Notes: a model not told the origin generated them from the sequence alone. A stretch of DNA of 59,339 nt from a virus (IMGVR_UViG_3300028883_000010:1-59339); one strand, 5' to 3'. Numbered from the stretch's first letter, positions 37,853 to 47,143 are shown. Numbers and translations: made by a program.

Positions 37853-38121
37853 TTTTTTGCCTTTGATATAACCCTGGCCGCCCGCATTGGCTGATGAAGT
37901 GCGCCCGCCGGAGGCGGCCAGGGTGTTTGATAGGAGCCGACGGACGCGGGACATCGGAAAACTTTAAACCTTCCTGCTTTGGGAAAACGTTACAAATTCC
38001 TGTTGTGTTGCTGCCGGCATGCCCGGGTTCGCTCGCCTGTCAAAGCGAATTGCGAGGGGCTCGCCGGTTTGACACCTAAGTTGATCCGCCTGAAGGCTTC
38101 AAAGGTTAAGATGTCAACGGC

Positions 38122-38164
38122 AGATTAGGACATATTGTCCTATAAAGCAAGGACAAAATGTCCT
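38122..38164 (-). promoter_or_regulatory. PL-like promoter with two operators
   Basis: AGGACATATTGTCCT (38127-38141) and AGGACAAAATGTCCT (38150-38164); minus strand TTGCTT-17-TAATCT. Confidence 0.75.
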
Positions 38165-38212
38165 TTTTTATAAAAAAAAGGGGTTATGAAAGGACGGATT
38201 GGCAAAAGGCAT

Positions 38213-38242
38213 AAAAAAACCCCGGGGGAGTTCCCGGGGTTT
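38213..38242 (-). terminator. Intrinsic terminator of the repressor gene
   Basis: AAACCCCGGG/CCCGGGGTTT stem, U-tract on the minus strand. Confidence 0.8.
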
Positions 38243-38243
38243 A

Positions 38244-38266
38244 GGTGGTGGTGGTGGTGGTGGTGG
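38244..38266. repeat. (GGT)7 microsatellite between the cI stop and its terminator
   Basis: GGTGGTGGTGGTGGTGGTGGTGG. Confidence 0.9.
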
Positions 38267-38273
38267 GTACGGG

Positions 38274-38921
38274 TTAGCTGCTTATTATAACAATTATTTT
38301 ATCCAAATTATGCGGCGCATGGCCATGGTTGAAATATAGTGGTTTTTGAACCAGGCTGAATGGATGTAAAATATCTTGGTTTGTACCTCGTTCAATCCAG
38401 GTGATGTGTGACAGCTCGCCATCATTAAAAATGATCTTGTCTCCGTTTTTTATTTCCTCCGGATCTGCTTTGCGGGCAATCAGAACATCACCGCTTTTAA
38501 ACATGGGAAACATCCTATCCCCAACAATTCGGATGCCATAATATAATGAAATGTCTTTTTTGGGGAAATCATGAACCAGGCTTTTTATATCGATAAGACC
38601 GAAGTCATGATCATTATCAAAATGGTAATGCCTTTTAAATTGGTTGTTTGACGTTTCTGCCACGATTCTTACTTGATCCTCCCTGCTGCCAAGCAATTCA
38701 TCTCGGGATACATTTACACCGTATCTTTTAAACATTTTGACGACTCGGTCGACTTGATCCATCTTCCAGTGGTGTTGACCTTTTAGGAGTCTGTAAAAAT
38801 GCGATGGGTCAAAGCCAGCTGCTTCGGCAAACGATTTTCGCGTAACGCTGCCTTGAATTTTGGAAAGCGACCTTACCACGCGATTTCCTATCCGTCTATC
38901 GTTTTCGGATAGTTTTTTCAT
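38274..38921 (-). CDS. CI-like repressor (XRE HTH + degenerate S24 domain)
   Basis: TRKSFAEAAGFDPSHFYRLLKG; IRIVGDRMFPMFKSGDVLI. Confidence 0.85.
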   Translation of the reverse strand: MKKLSENDRRIGNRVVRSLSKIQGSVTRKSFAEAAGFDPSHFYRLLKGQHHWKMDQVDRVVKMFKRYGVNVSRDELLGSREDQVRIVAETSNNQFKRHYHFDNDHDFGLIDIKSLVHDFPKKDISLYYGIRIVGDRMFPMFKSGDVLIARKADPEEIKNGDKIIFNDGELSHITWIERGTNQDILHPFSLVQKPLYFNHGHAPHNLDKIIVIISS

Positions 38922-38961
38922 TTTTTTGCCCCAAGGAAGGATAATGAGTCTTTTTTCTATA

Positions 38962-38991
38962 TTGACAAAAGGACAATTTGTCCTATATGAT
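38962..38991 (+). promoter_or_regulatory. PR-like promoter with operator in the spacer
   Basis: TTGACA-18-TATGAT; AGGACAATTTGTCCT at 38970-38984. Confidence 0.8.
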
Positions 38992-38998
38992 TTCTATT

Positions 38999-39163
38999 AT
39001 GAAAAACAAACTCGAAATACTTGAAAAACGGTTCAAAACCAGACAGGCCGTCGCGGATCGCCTCGGAATCAGCTTGAGGCATTACAGAAGGATAAAAAAA
39101 GATGGTCGCGTTTCAAAGCCCGTTGGTTTGTTAATAGAGGCCATTTTGGCCGCTAAACGATAA
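38999..39163 (+). CDS. Cro-like HTH (probably leaderless mRNA)
   Basis: TRQAVADRLGISLRHYRRI; ATG lies 7 nt after the -10 box, no SD. Confidence 0.75.
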   Translation: MKNKLEILEKRFKTRQAVADRLGISLRHYRRIKKDGRVSKPVGLLIEAILAAKR

Positions 39164-39265
39164 CCCATAGCACGGGCTTTGGGATAGGTCTATTTTTATT
39201 TAAAACTGTGTCCATTTTATTCTTTTTTAAAACAATTTCAAGCAACCTAATTTGTATGGTTTTGT

Positions 39266-39514
39266 ATGAAAATCACGGACATATTAGACGAAATCATTGA
39301 TAAAGAAGGCGGTAAGGTCATAGCCGCTGCGGCCGGAATTGATCAATCCTTGCTTTCCCGTTTCAGAAACGGCACCAAACCCCTGAAAATTGGTCAAATC
39401 CAGGCGATATTTGAATTTTCGGAGTACATGCTGACAACTCAAGACCATCAAGCCGATTTAAAAAAGGCTATCGTAACGGTTGCCGGGCTCCTCAAGGAGG
39501 AGATGGGCCGATGA
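39266..39514 (+). CDS. HTH regulator (CII-like position)
   Basis: KVIAAAAGIDQSLLSRFRNG. Confidence 0.65.
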   Translation: MKITDILDEIIDKEGGKVIAAAAGIDQSLLSRFRNGTKPLKIGQIQAIFEFSEYMLTTQDHQADLKKAIVTVAGLLKEEMGR

Positions 39515-39783
39515 TACAGAGCCCCTGCCAGTCATGCCCGCTGAGTTGTCGGGATAAAAACCATTGGGCATGTAAACATTGCAAGGCCCGAAAGCTCTAC
39601 ATCGATGCTATCGAACACGACGCAGATTACACCGGGCTGTTTGTGGATGACATCAACTCAAAAATCAAGGCATGGATTCCGACCCCCGCCGAAATAGCGG
39701 CTGCCGCACTAAAGCAAAAACTGACCGCCGCCACTTATCCCCCCAAAAAACACAAATCCAAAATACAGAGGCCCGCGGAATGA
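39511..39783 (+). CDS. Cys-rich hypothetical protein
   Basis: SPCQSC...C..C, coupled on both sides. Confidence 0.5.
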   Translation: MIQSPCQSCPLSCRDKNHWACKHCKARKLYIDAIEHDADYTGLFVDDINSKIKAWIPTPAEIAAAALKQKLTAATYPPKKHKSKIQRPAE

Positions 39784-40598
39784 AACGAGGCTACACGAAA
39801 TCATACCGCAAGGAACTTGAATCCGATATTTGGATGATGCCGCCTTTGTATCACCGGGTATTTCATTACCTGCGCCAGAAAGCCGAATGGAAACCGACCA
39901 TTTTCCCGACGCGAAAAAAGTTCGGGATTGCCGTGAACCCTGGGCAGCTAATCACCAGCATGGGTAATATCGCCGAAGGCGTTGCATGGTACGAATACGG
40001 CGCCAGGAAAGTCCCAAATCGTAAAACCATTAGGGACGTTTTGACCTGGCTCGAAGGTAACACCATGGTAACAGTTTTTAGTAACAAGCGCGGAACGTTC
40101 ATTATTATAAATAATTGGGATGTTTACAACGTTTCCGACAACAAGAAAGTAACACCGGGGAAACAGCCGGAAGTAACACCGGAGAAACACAGACCGGACA
40201 TACCTAAAGAAGTTAAAGAATTTAAAGAAAAAAAGAAAAAACCTAAAACCCTCTTTGTCGAAACTCAAATTGAGTTTCGACTCGCCCAATACCTTTTCCA
40301 ACTTATTCGCCGAAACAATCCCACCGCCAAAGCCCCAAATTTCCAGACATGGGCCAAGCACATCGGTTACATGATTCGCCTGGACCACCGGGACCCAAGA
40401 GACATCCAGACGGTAATTGAGTGGTGTCAGCAGGATTCTTTTTGGCTCGCAAACATCCTGTCAACGGCAAATCTCCGGGAAAAGTATGACAAACTTTGGA
40501 TGAAAATGACCAGGGGGGGGCGGGGAAATAGCAGATTTGACTTGCATGAGCATCTTGTTCAGGTCGGAAGGGAATTCGTTGAAGATGAAAGTATCTGA
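39780..40598 (+). CDS. Replication initiator (O-like)
   Basis: GYTKSYRK, PGQLITS, IINNWDVYN, FWLANILSTANLREKYDKL; internal iterons. Confidence 0.8.
   Translation: MKRGYTKSYRKELESDIWMMPPLYHRVFHYLRQKAEWKPTIFPTRKKFGIAVNPGQLITSMGNIAEGVAWYEYGARKVPNRKTIRDVLTWLEGNTMVTVFSNKRGTFIIINNWDVYNVSDNKKVTPGKQPEVTPEKHRPDIPKEVKEFKEKKKKPKTLFVETQIEFRLAQYLFQLIRRNNPTAKAPNFQTWAKHIGYMIRLDHRDPRDIQTVIEWCQQDSFWLANILSTANLREKYDKLWMKMTRGGRGNSRFDLHEHLVQVGREFVEDESI
40056..40250. repeat. Putative replication origin (iterons + A-rich tract)
   Basis: GTAACA x3 at 11-13 bp spacing (40056-40086); AAGTAACACCGG(G/A)GAAACA x2 (40147-40165, 40171-40189); then an A-rich run. Confidence 0.65.
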
Positions 40599-41094
40599 CA
40601 AAAAACGGTTTGCAGCAGCCTTTCAATCCTTGTGTGAAATTTTCGGCAAAGAATCAACCAAGATAATGCTGAAAGGATATTTCAGAGCCCTGGAACGCTT
40701 GTCTATTGATCAGGTTGAAGCCGCCATTTCCCAGGCAATCAAAACCTGTACTTTTTTGCCAAAGCCAGTTGAATTGATCAATCTTGTTCCCGGAGGCAAG
40801 GCCCCGCAGCTGGAGCACAAGGCCGGCGCCGAGGCAGATCGGATTCTATCTCATATGAAATTAAAAGGCTCAAGTGTCTGGCCGGATCTTAGCAAGGATC
40901 CTATTACCAAACACTTGATGACAAGCCGGTGGATATACAACTTGTGGGCGCGAAACATGATCGAGGCGGATGAACATTGGTGGCGAAAACAGTTTGTCGA
41001 GGCATACCAGGCCCGACAGGAAACCGATATGTCGCCTCAGATTGAGGCAGCGCCCAGAGTTTTAAAATTATGTTCAGGAATAGGAGGAAATTAA
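40585..41094 (+). CDS. Putative helicase loader/inhibitor (P-position)
   Basis: [16 protein letters not shown]...FLPKPVELI; position after the initiator. Confidence 0.55.
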   Translation: MKVSDKKRFAAAFQSLCEIFGKESTKIMLKGYFRALERLSIDQVEAAISQAIKTCTFLPKPVELINLVPGGKAPQLEHKAGAEADRILSHMKLKGSSVWPDLSKDPITKHLMTSRWIYNLWARNMIEADEHWWRKQFVEAYQARQETDMSPQIEAAPRVLKLCSGIGGN

Positions 41095-41098
41095 AAAA

Positions 41099-41563
41099 AT
41101 GGCATCGTTAAACAAGGTTCAGCTTATCGGCAATCTCGGGAAGGATCCGGAAGTCAGGTACACCCAGGGCGGCACGGCAGTAGCCAGTTTCAGTATGGCC
41201 ACTTCGGAAAAATGGAAAGACAAAAATAGCGGTGAAATGCGGGAACGCACCGAATGGCACAATATCGTCGCATGGGGCCGCCTGGCGGAGGTTTGCGGAG
41301 AATACCTCCACAAGGGAAAGCAGGTTTACATTGAGGGCCAGCTGAAAACCGAAAAGTACGAAAAGGACGGGGTCACCCGGTACGCCACAAAAATTACAGC
41401 TCAGTCCATGAAAATGCTCGGCAGCAATCCACAGGGCCAGCAGCCGGGCGCTCAGGGTGGCGGATACGGTAACGGCGGTTACCCGGGGCCTGGAAACAGC
41501 GCGGCCCCTCCGGAATACGACGGCCCCCCGCCCGGCGGCTATGACGATGATATTCCATTCTGA
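41099..41563 (+). CDS. ssb: Single-stranded DNA-binding protein
   Basis: [18 protein letters not shown]...TEWH...DDDIPF. Confidence 0.97.
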   Translation: MASLNKVQLIGNLGKDPEVRYTQGGTAVASFSMATSEKWKDKNSGEMRERTEWHNIVAWGRLAEVCGEYLHKGKQVYIEGQLKTEKYEKDGVTRYATKITAQSMKMLGSNPQGQQPGAQGGGYGNGGYPGPGNSAAPPEYDGPPPGGYDDDIPF

Positions 41564-41757
41564 TGGCCATGAAACCAAACGCGAATCTGCCGCCGGCATG
41601 CCCACTGCGCGGGAAACCGTTTACCAAGGCATGCCGGTTTCACCCCTGGGCCTTTTCAAAGTTGCTGCGGGAAAAGGCTATTCCGAATCCGGATGGCAGC
41701 TGTCCGTTATTGAGGGTCTGCAGGCTGAATAGAAAAAGGAGGAACCACAGTGGATGA
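41563..41757 (+). CDS. Small Cys-containing hypothetical protein
   Basis: TGATG coupling with ssb. Confidence 0.4.
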   Translation: MAMKPNANLPPACPLRGKPFTKACRFHPWAFSKLLREKAIPNPDGSCPLLRVCRLNRKRRNHSG

Positions 41758-42502
41758 ATCTATTCGAAATGAGTTAACGATTTTTGTTTACGGCAAAAAA
41801 AAGGTTAGGACCGTGAATATCGGTGATGAGATTTGGTTCGTCGCAAAAGATGTCGCTGAAGCTCTCGGGTACACATGGAGCGGAAGCCGAATCAAGCATA
41901 TCCCGGACGAATGGAAAGGGATGACATCGGTTGTCACCCCCTCTGGAACCCAAGCAATGGCGGTACTTTCCGAGCAAGGGCTTTATTTCTTTTTGGGCCG
42001 ATCTGATAAGCCGGCCGCTGTCCCAATGCAAAAATGGGTAGCAGGGGAAGTTTTACCCTCTATCCGCAAAACTGGATCATACGGAAAAGATCCAATTGCC
42101 GCCCTGAACGATCCTGCAACCATGCGGGGGTTGTTACTTACATATTCCGAGAAGGTTCTTGCTCTTGAATCTCAAGTTGAACAGCAGGCCCCAAAGGTTG
42201 ACGGTTTCGATCGGATTTCAGACGCGGATGGATCAATGTGTATTACTGACGCGGCAAAAACGTTACAGGTCCGCCCAAAGGACCTTTTTCAATATCTGTC
42301 AGCACAAAGCTGGATATATCGTCGTACCGGTTGCAAGCACTGGGTAGGGTATCAACCTAAACTACAACGAGGAGTGGTGGTTCACAAGGTTACGACTTTC
42401 GAACGAGCCGACGGTACCGAAAAAATAACAGAACAAGTAAGGATTACGCCGAAGGGTCTTGCTGAATTGGCTGAAAAATTTTCGGCTAAAAAAGCCGCAT
42501 AA
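41750..42502 (+). CDS. Antirepressor (BRO-N + KilA-C/ANT)
   Basis: WFVAKDVAEALGY, RSDKP...WVAGEVLPSIRKTGSY, PKV..FDRI, QVRITPKGL. Confidence 0.9.
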   Translation: MDESIRNELTIFVYGKKKVRTVNIGDEIWFVAKDVAEALGYTWSGSRIKHIPDEWKGMTSVVTPSGTQAMAVLSEQGLYFFLGRSDKPAAVPMQKWVAGEVLPSIRKTGSYGKDPIAALNDPATMRGLLLTYSEKVLALESQVEQQAPKVDGFDRISDADGSMCITDAAKTLQVRPKDLFQYLSAQSWIYRRTGCKHWVGYQPKLQRGVVVHKVTTFERADGTEKITEQVRITPKGLAELAEKFSAKKAA

Positions 42503-42514
42503 AACCATGAAAGG

Positions 42515-42862
42515 ATGAATATGGAACTAAGAGAATGGCAGAAAAAGATTCACGAAAACGCGGTAGCTCACGGATGGCACGATAAGCCCCGCAGCGACGG
42601 GGAGATTATTGCCCTGGTTCACTCCGAACTATCGGAAGCCCTTGAGGAAATTCGAAACCACCGGGCTTTTACAGAAATTTATTTTGAACCGGACAAAGAA
42701 GGTATCCCGAAACCCGAAGGGGCGGCCGTTGAGTTGGTCGATGCAGTGATTCGCATTTTGGATGCTCTGGCTCTAAAAAAAGTGGATGCCGAGGAAGTGC
42801 TGGAGCTGAAACACAGATACAATCTTACTCGGCCCTATCGCCACGGCGGAAAGGCGCTTTGA
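42515..42862 (+). CDS. MazG-like nucleotide pyrophosphohydrolase
   Basis: ALVHSELSEALEE...ELVDAVIRILD...K..YN..RPYRHGGK. Confidence 0.85.
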   Translation: MNMELREWQKKIHENAVAHGWHDKPRSDGEIIALVHSELSEALEEIRNHRAFTEIYFEPDKEGIPKPEGAAVELVDAVIRILDALALKKVDAEEVLELKHRYNLTRPYRHGGKAL

Positions 42863-42967
42863 TATGGAAGAATTTATAAGGCACCTATGGCACATGCCCA
42901 GGGAAGAGTTTTTAACCCTGATATTGCTGGCGGCCCTATTTATTTATGCGTTCAGAAGGTGATTCTC

Positions 42968-43156
42968 ATGGCCACCTGCCCCAAATGTCAAACCAAGATC
43001 AAATATTACCACGACAAAAAACAGCCCATCTGGCACCGGGAATGCGATTGTTTGCACATCACGGCGGCCACCTTCCAGACCCTGAGCCGGAAGGCCCACC
43101 AGGTGCACAGAGGGGAATGCACTGAAAAGGAGATCAACCAATGCGAAATGGAATAG
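42968..43156 (+). CDS. Zn-ribbon hypothetical protein
   Basis: MATCPKC...ECDC. Confidence 0.4.
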   Translation: MATCPKCQTKIKYYHDKKQPIWHRECDCLHITAATFQTLSRKAHQVHRGECTEKEINQCEME

Positions 43157-43461
43157 TGTCAAAACACAAAGTCGATGAAAACGGCAACCCCACCGGCGGG
43201 GCTACCACCGGGACCGGAATCCGCATCCAGTGGCAAAATGGCCCCCTCGGAACCGGTAAAGACCGGAAGGAGCCCAATGGCGCCTTTGTCGAAGACGTCA
43301 TCGATGCTGCCCGGGACCGTCTGGAATTTTATCAGGGGTCCCAGTTCCGTTGCAACATGAACAGCCTGGCCATATTTCACCTGGAAAAGGCCCTGGAGTT
43401 TCTGGACAGGCGCACCAAAGAGCGCGAGGCCCGAGGGATTGAAGGGACACATACAATTTAA
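43141..43461 (+). CDS. Tad1/Acb2-family nucleotide sponge (anti-defence)
   Basis: IQWQNGP...NG...EDVI...DRLEFYQ...FRC..N..A..HLEKAL..L.RRT.ER.ARGIEGT. Confidence 0.8.
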   Translation: MRNGIVSKHKVDENGNPTGGATTGTGIRIQWQNGPLGTGKDRKEPNGAFVEDVIDAARDRLEFYQGSQFRCNMNSLAIFHLEKALEFLDRRTKEREARGIEGTHTI

Positions 43462-43481
43462 ACTTTAGCTTGGGAGATTTT

Positions 43482-43700
43482 ATGGCAAAAGTCAAAATAA
43501 AGCAGGCAGGCGGGAAATATGGCGAATTTGTTTGTCCGGTATGCGGGTATGATAAGGCCGCATACAAGTTTACGGCTGCTTCGGGGTGGTGCGATAAATG
43601 CGAAGCTCATTTTAATCATGTTGGAGGGCCGGCATTGGAATCTGTCAGAGATGACGGGAAACATGGAGACTTCTGGATGGAATTGGAAATTGAACTTTGA
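43482..43700 (+). CDS. Zn-ribbon hypothetical protein
   Basis: CPVC...CDKC; GGAG SD. Confidence 0.5.
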   Translation: MAKVKIKQAGGKYGEFVCPVCGYDKAAYKFTAASGWCDKCEAHFNHVGGPALESVRDDGKHGDFWMELEIEL

Positions 43701-43712
43701 AAGGAGAAATAA

Positions 43713-44177
43713 GTGGCAAGTAGAGCCCGGATGAAAACATTTACCGCACTGGCATTTGCTCGCGGATTGGCACTGACTTTTGAGTCTGTTTACAGAACAA
43801 AAGAGCGGAACAAAACCATTCTCGCGATACTGGCCCGCGTTAAATCTGCATCAGACGCGGCGTTTGATATGTGGCCCCACGACCTGACGCAAAAAGACAT
43901 CAGGATTCTCAGCGCAAAAATAGAGGCGCTCAGGCAGGAACAATTCAGCGAGGGGAAACCTGCAACGGTTTTGATTTCCTTTACCGAAGGTGTCGTCGGC
44001 GATGTTCGGGACCACATTAAAAACAGCCGACGCGGCAAGGCGCTTGACGAGTTGATCGCGGCGCTTGAGGCCTGGCGGAAATATTATGACCGCAAAGGCG
44101 ACAAGTTCGATGAATACGACGAGGCCAACGAGGGGGTCAAAGCCTGGGATAAAAAAATAGAGGCGGAAGCGGCATGA
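43713..44177 (+). CDS. Hypothetical helical protein
   Basis: AAGGAG SD before GTG, 154 aa. Confidence 0.6.
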   Translation: MASRARMKTFTALAFARGLALTFESVYRTKERNKTILAILARVKSASDAAFDMWPHDLTQKDIRILSAKIEALRQEQFSEGKPATVLISFTEGVVGDVRDHIKNSRRGKALDELIAALEAWRKYYDRKGDKFDEYDEANEGVKAWDKKIEAEAA

Positions 44178-44557
44178 AACAGACCGTATTCATTCCCGGA
44201 CCGCTGCCGGGCCTCAACGAGATCATAGCGGCTTCAAAGCGGCGTCTCAAAAAAAACGGCCGCCGGCGGGTGTTTGAGTTTTCACAGATGAAAGCGGACT
44301 GGGACATGCGCGTTTCTATTGCCTGTAAAATGGCCGGCATGGTCCCCATGAAGCGTGCCGACATCGGCATTATCTGGGTTGAAAAAGACCGCCGGCGGGA
44401 TCCGGACAACATCATGGCCGGGAAAAAGTTTATTCTCGATGGTCTGGTAAAAGCCGGGATTTTAAAAAACGACGGGTGGCGCCAGGTCGGCAGCTTCACG
44501 GAGATCGTTGAAGTCGGGGAGCTGCCCGGCGCCCACGTAACGTTGATCGGAGAATGA
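44174..44557 (+). CDS. RusA-like Holliday junction resolvase
   Basis: PGPLPGLNE, RRRDPDNI...KFILDGLV.AGIL.NDG. Confidence 0.85.
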   Translation: MKQTVFIPGPLPGLNEIIAASKRRLKKNGRRRVFEFSQMKADWDMRVSIACKMAGMVPMKRADIGIIWVEKDRRRDPDNIMAGKKFILDGLVKAGILKNDGWRQVGSFTEIVEVGELPGAHVTLIGE

Positions 44558-44766
44558 TGCATATGGAGGCATTCGCTACAAAATGGGCCGGTATCGCCGA
44601 TATGCTTGGCCGCTCAATCTCATCTGCAAAGCGGCTCTACTACCGTCACGGTCTGCCTGTTGTTAAAGAGTGCGGGGTGCCAACGTTGCTATGGTCTGAT
44701 TATTTGAAATGGAGAAAAACAAAAATAGGAGATACGAAGGATGAAAAGGACACCAAAAAGGATTGA
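44554..44766 (+). CDS. Xis/MerR-like HTH protein (candidate late regulator)
   Basis: WAGIADMLGRSISSAKRL...GLPV...WSDYLKW. Confidence 0.6.
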   Translation: MMHMEAFATKWAGIADMLGRSISSAKRLYYRHGLPVVKECGVPTLLWSDYLKWRKTKIGDTKDEKDTKKD

Positions 44767-45121
44767 AACTGAACATGAAATTGAGGTCAACAAATTCATA
44801 AAGCATGCGGAAGCTGTGGCCAATGATGCTGTCAAAAGAAAAGATTATACTGTCCCAAGTGAATATCGACGCGACTGGGGGCGGGTTTTCATAAAAGAAA
44901 TGGACCGCTTGACGGCTGCGGCTGGATTGCGGGTGACCAACGATCCAGCAGGGAAACGGGCATATCATAAAGCAAAAAAGAAGCAGGCCCTCGAAGGTGT
45001 AACAAAGATCAAGGACCTGCTTTCAAAAGTTGTGGAAAAAAATGATCGTCACGGCGTCGCTGATGAAGTCGATTCCGCCATTTCTGCTCTGGGCGCCTAT
45101 AAAACGTTATTGGTGGCTTAG
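44741..45121 (+). CDS. Hypothetical protein
   Basis: 126 aa, last gene of the rightward early operon. Confidence 0.5.
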   Translation: MKRTPKRIETEHEIEVNKFIKHAEAVANDAVKRKDYTVPSEYRRDWGRVFIKEMDRLTAAAGLRVTNDPAGKRAYHKAKKKQALEGVTKIKDLLSKVVEKNDRHGVADEVDSAISALGAYKTLLVA

Positions 45122-45295
45122 CGCGATTAACCTTTTAAGGGCCGCAGCTGGTATAGCCCTGCGGCCCTGTTCCCAGTTTTCAATCGTTCTCGGGCTCCGG
45201 GCCACAAGCTCGGCCAGATCTGCCACCGACCATCCTTTTTTCTTTCGGAGTTTTTTGACGGCCGCGGCCGGGTCTGTTTCAAATTCTTTTTTCAA
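45107..45295 (-). CDS. XRE HTH protein (Aca-like)
   Basis: VKKLRKKKGWSVADLAELVARSPRTIENWEQGRR; AAGGAGG SD; last gene of the counter-oriented operon. Confidence 0.85.
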   Translation of the reverse strand: MKKEFETDPAAAVKKLRKKKGWSVADLAELVARSPRTIENWEQGRRAIPAAALKRLIALSHQ

Positions 45296-45309
45296 AGGTT
45301 CCCCTCCTT

Positions 45310-45828
45310 TTAGGCCGCCAGGTAATCAGCCCGGACCTGGGCGGCTGTTTTTATGATTGCACATTCTGTTTCGACCACGCGGCCGGCAATTGCCGGCGTT
45401 GAAAAGATCCATTGCCCCGGCATGCCTTCGCTGATTGCATATCCGCAGTACACAGCTTTGTAATTATCAAGGGTCATTTTTTTGCGTTTACCATTTTGCC
45501 ACTGATGGAAACAAACAATATCTCCATCGAGGCTTTTAAATGTGCCGGCGAGCTCGAACCCTGATCCCTTGTAAAACGTTAAATCGACAAAACCCGCGGA
45601 TGTGCGTTTACCCCCCAATTTAACAAGGATTTCTCCGACCTGTAACATGCGGCCGTCCTGCAGCTGTACCGGAGTTGTGCTTAGCCTGGGCTTTGTGTGG
45701 AAGCCGAAGAACCAGCACTCCCATACTGAAAACTTGTCGTAAGCAAATTCTGTGTAAACCGGGACCCGCCGCGGTTTCCTGGCCGGCACGCTGCCGGCGG
45801 GAAGTGGCTTGTATTCGTGTTTATTCAT
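45310..45828 (-). CDS. Hypothetical protein (candidate anti-defence)
   Basis: 172 aa within the operon. Confidence 0.6.
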   Translation of the reverse strand: MNKHEYKPLPAGSVPARKPRRVPVYTEFAYDKFSVWECWFFGFHTKPRLSTTPVQLQDGRMLQVGEILVKLGGKRTSAGFVDLTFYKGSGFELAGTFKSLDGDIVCFHQWQNGKRKKMTLDNYKAVYCGYAISEGMPGQWIFSTPAIAGRVVETECAIIKTAAQVRADYLAA

Positions 45829-45845
45829 TGATCACCATCCCCCTT

Positions 45846-46604
45846 TTATAAATAAGTCGTGTCGTTTTCAAATTCCTGGATGAAAAAACAGTCACTTCCC
45901 ATGCCCGGGATGGTGTACGGGAACGGCTTTTCCATGGGGATTTCATCCGCATGCTTCATGATTGCAGCAGATAGGTCATTTCGCAGAGCGGGGGGCATTT
46001 TGCCGGCATCGTCCCACTTCACGGCGTCATCAAAACCTTCTATGTGGCACCATGCGTCATATTCGCCGGCGGAGTCCCACACATGATACCAGACCGAATT
46101 ATCCCTGACCCAGTAAAAAGACGCTTCGTCGTTGACCGCCTTGACGGCTTTCCAAAATTCATCCGGTTTAAAAGGGGCATCGAAAATTTTTCCATCGATT
46201 TCAACGTCTGACCCTTCCACAATCGATGAAACCCGGACGCCGGACAGGTCCAGTTTTTCAATCGGGGTTTTGTCGGGGAGGTCCTGGCCATACACCCATT
46301 CCCCATCGATTCGGAATCCGACCATGGGGCCGCAGGCCGTACCTTTATATAAGGCCCGGTAAAATTTCCAGGCATTTTCGGCTATGTTTTTCACCAGGGC
46401 CACGATGCTATCAAACGGATCGCTTTCCGGGTGCATTGTGTGCTGCCATTCATGCCCGCAGTCCTCACAATGCAGGCCGACCGTGCCGGCCCGCTGGTTG
46501 GTCCCGGATTCTTCCAAGATGTCATTGCCGCACTTCGGGCACTTGGCGCCCATTTCTCCCCAGTCCGGTGTATTGTCCCAAGGACATTCTTCATATGGAT
46601 TCAT
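45846..46604 (-). CDS. Acidic Zn-ribbon protein (candidate anti-defence)
   Basis: AAAGGAG SD; CPKC...CEDC; LYKGTACG...SIVEGSD...EFW...VNDEASFYW. Confidence 0.7.
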   Translation of the reverse strand: MNPYEECPWDNTPDWGEMGAKCPKCGNDILEESGTNQRAGTVGLHCEDCGHEWQHTMHPESDPFDSIVALVKNIAENAWKFYRALYKGTACGPMVGFRIDGEWVYGQDLPDKTPIEKLDLSGVRVSSIVEGSDVEIDGKIFDAPFKPDEFWKAVKAVNDEASFYWVRDNSVWYHVWDSAGEYDAWCHIEGFDDAVKWDDAGKMPPALRNDLSAAIMKHADEIPMEKPFPYTIPGMGSDCFFIQEFENDTTYL

Positions 46605-46648
46605 GGTTACTCCTTTGCTGTGCCCCGGCCGGAGCCGGGGCGGTTGAT

Positions 46649-46903
46649 TTACATCCAATCAAACGGCTTGCCGTTTTTCGAATATTGCAGCTCGGTGCAT
46701 CCCAGGCCGCCCATGCCGAAGTCATCGAGGGGGTCGAAGTCGCATTCCATCATACGGCCCTCACAGTAGAGCTGCCGGTCATCGTCATACATTTTGAAAC
46801 GGACCGGCATGTTCTCCGGTTTGAGATCCGCGGGGAAGCTGCGGGATTTAATACCCACCAATTTACTGTCAATGTGGTCCTTGGTGATGATCCAGTGATT
46901 CAT
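46649..46903 (-). CDS. Small acidic protein (candidate anti-defence)
   Basis: AAAGGAGG SD; FKMYDDDRQLYCEG...PLDDFG...GCTELQY. Confidence 0.7.
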   Translation of the reverse strand: MNHWIITKDHIDSKLVGIKSRSFPADLKPENMPVRFKMYDDDRQLYCEGRMMECDFDPLDDFGMGGLGCTELQYSKNGKPFDWM

Positions 46904-46920
46904 GGTCGAGCCTCCTTTTT

Positions 46921-47112
46921 TTAACAGTCGTAAGCCTTGCAATAAATGTCCTCATAAACTTCTGAAACCAAAAAATCGAACAGGGTTTCATCGTTGTAAT
47001 TCCGCCATCCGTACGCTGTTTTAAGGCAGCTGAACATTTCGGCGGCCGGTACGTCCCCGCGGTATTCTCGCCAGGCCCAGGCAATTTCTTTTTTTGTGCT
47101 TTTTGTTTCCAT
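46921..47112 (-). CDS. Small protein (candidate anti-defence)
   Basis: AAGGGGG SD; 63 aa. Confidence 0.6.
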   Translation of the reverse strand: METKSTKKEIAWAWREYRGDVPAAEMFSCLKTAYGWRNYNDETLFDFLVSEVYEDIYCKAYDC

Positions 47113-47143
47113 AGGTCCCCCTTGATTTGGTGGTTTTTGGTTT

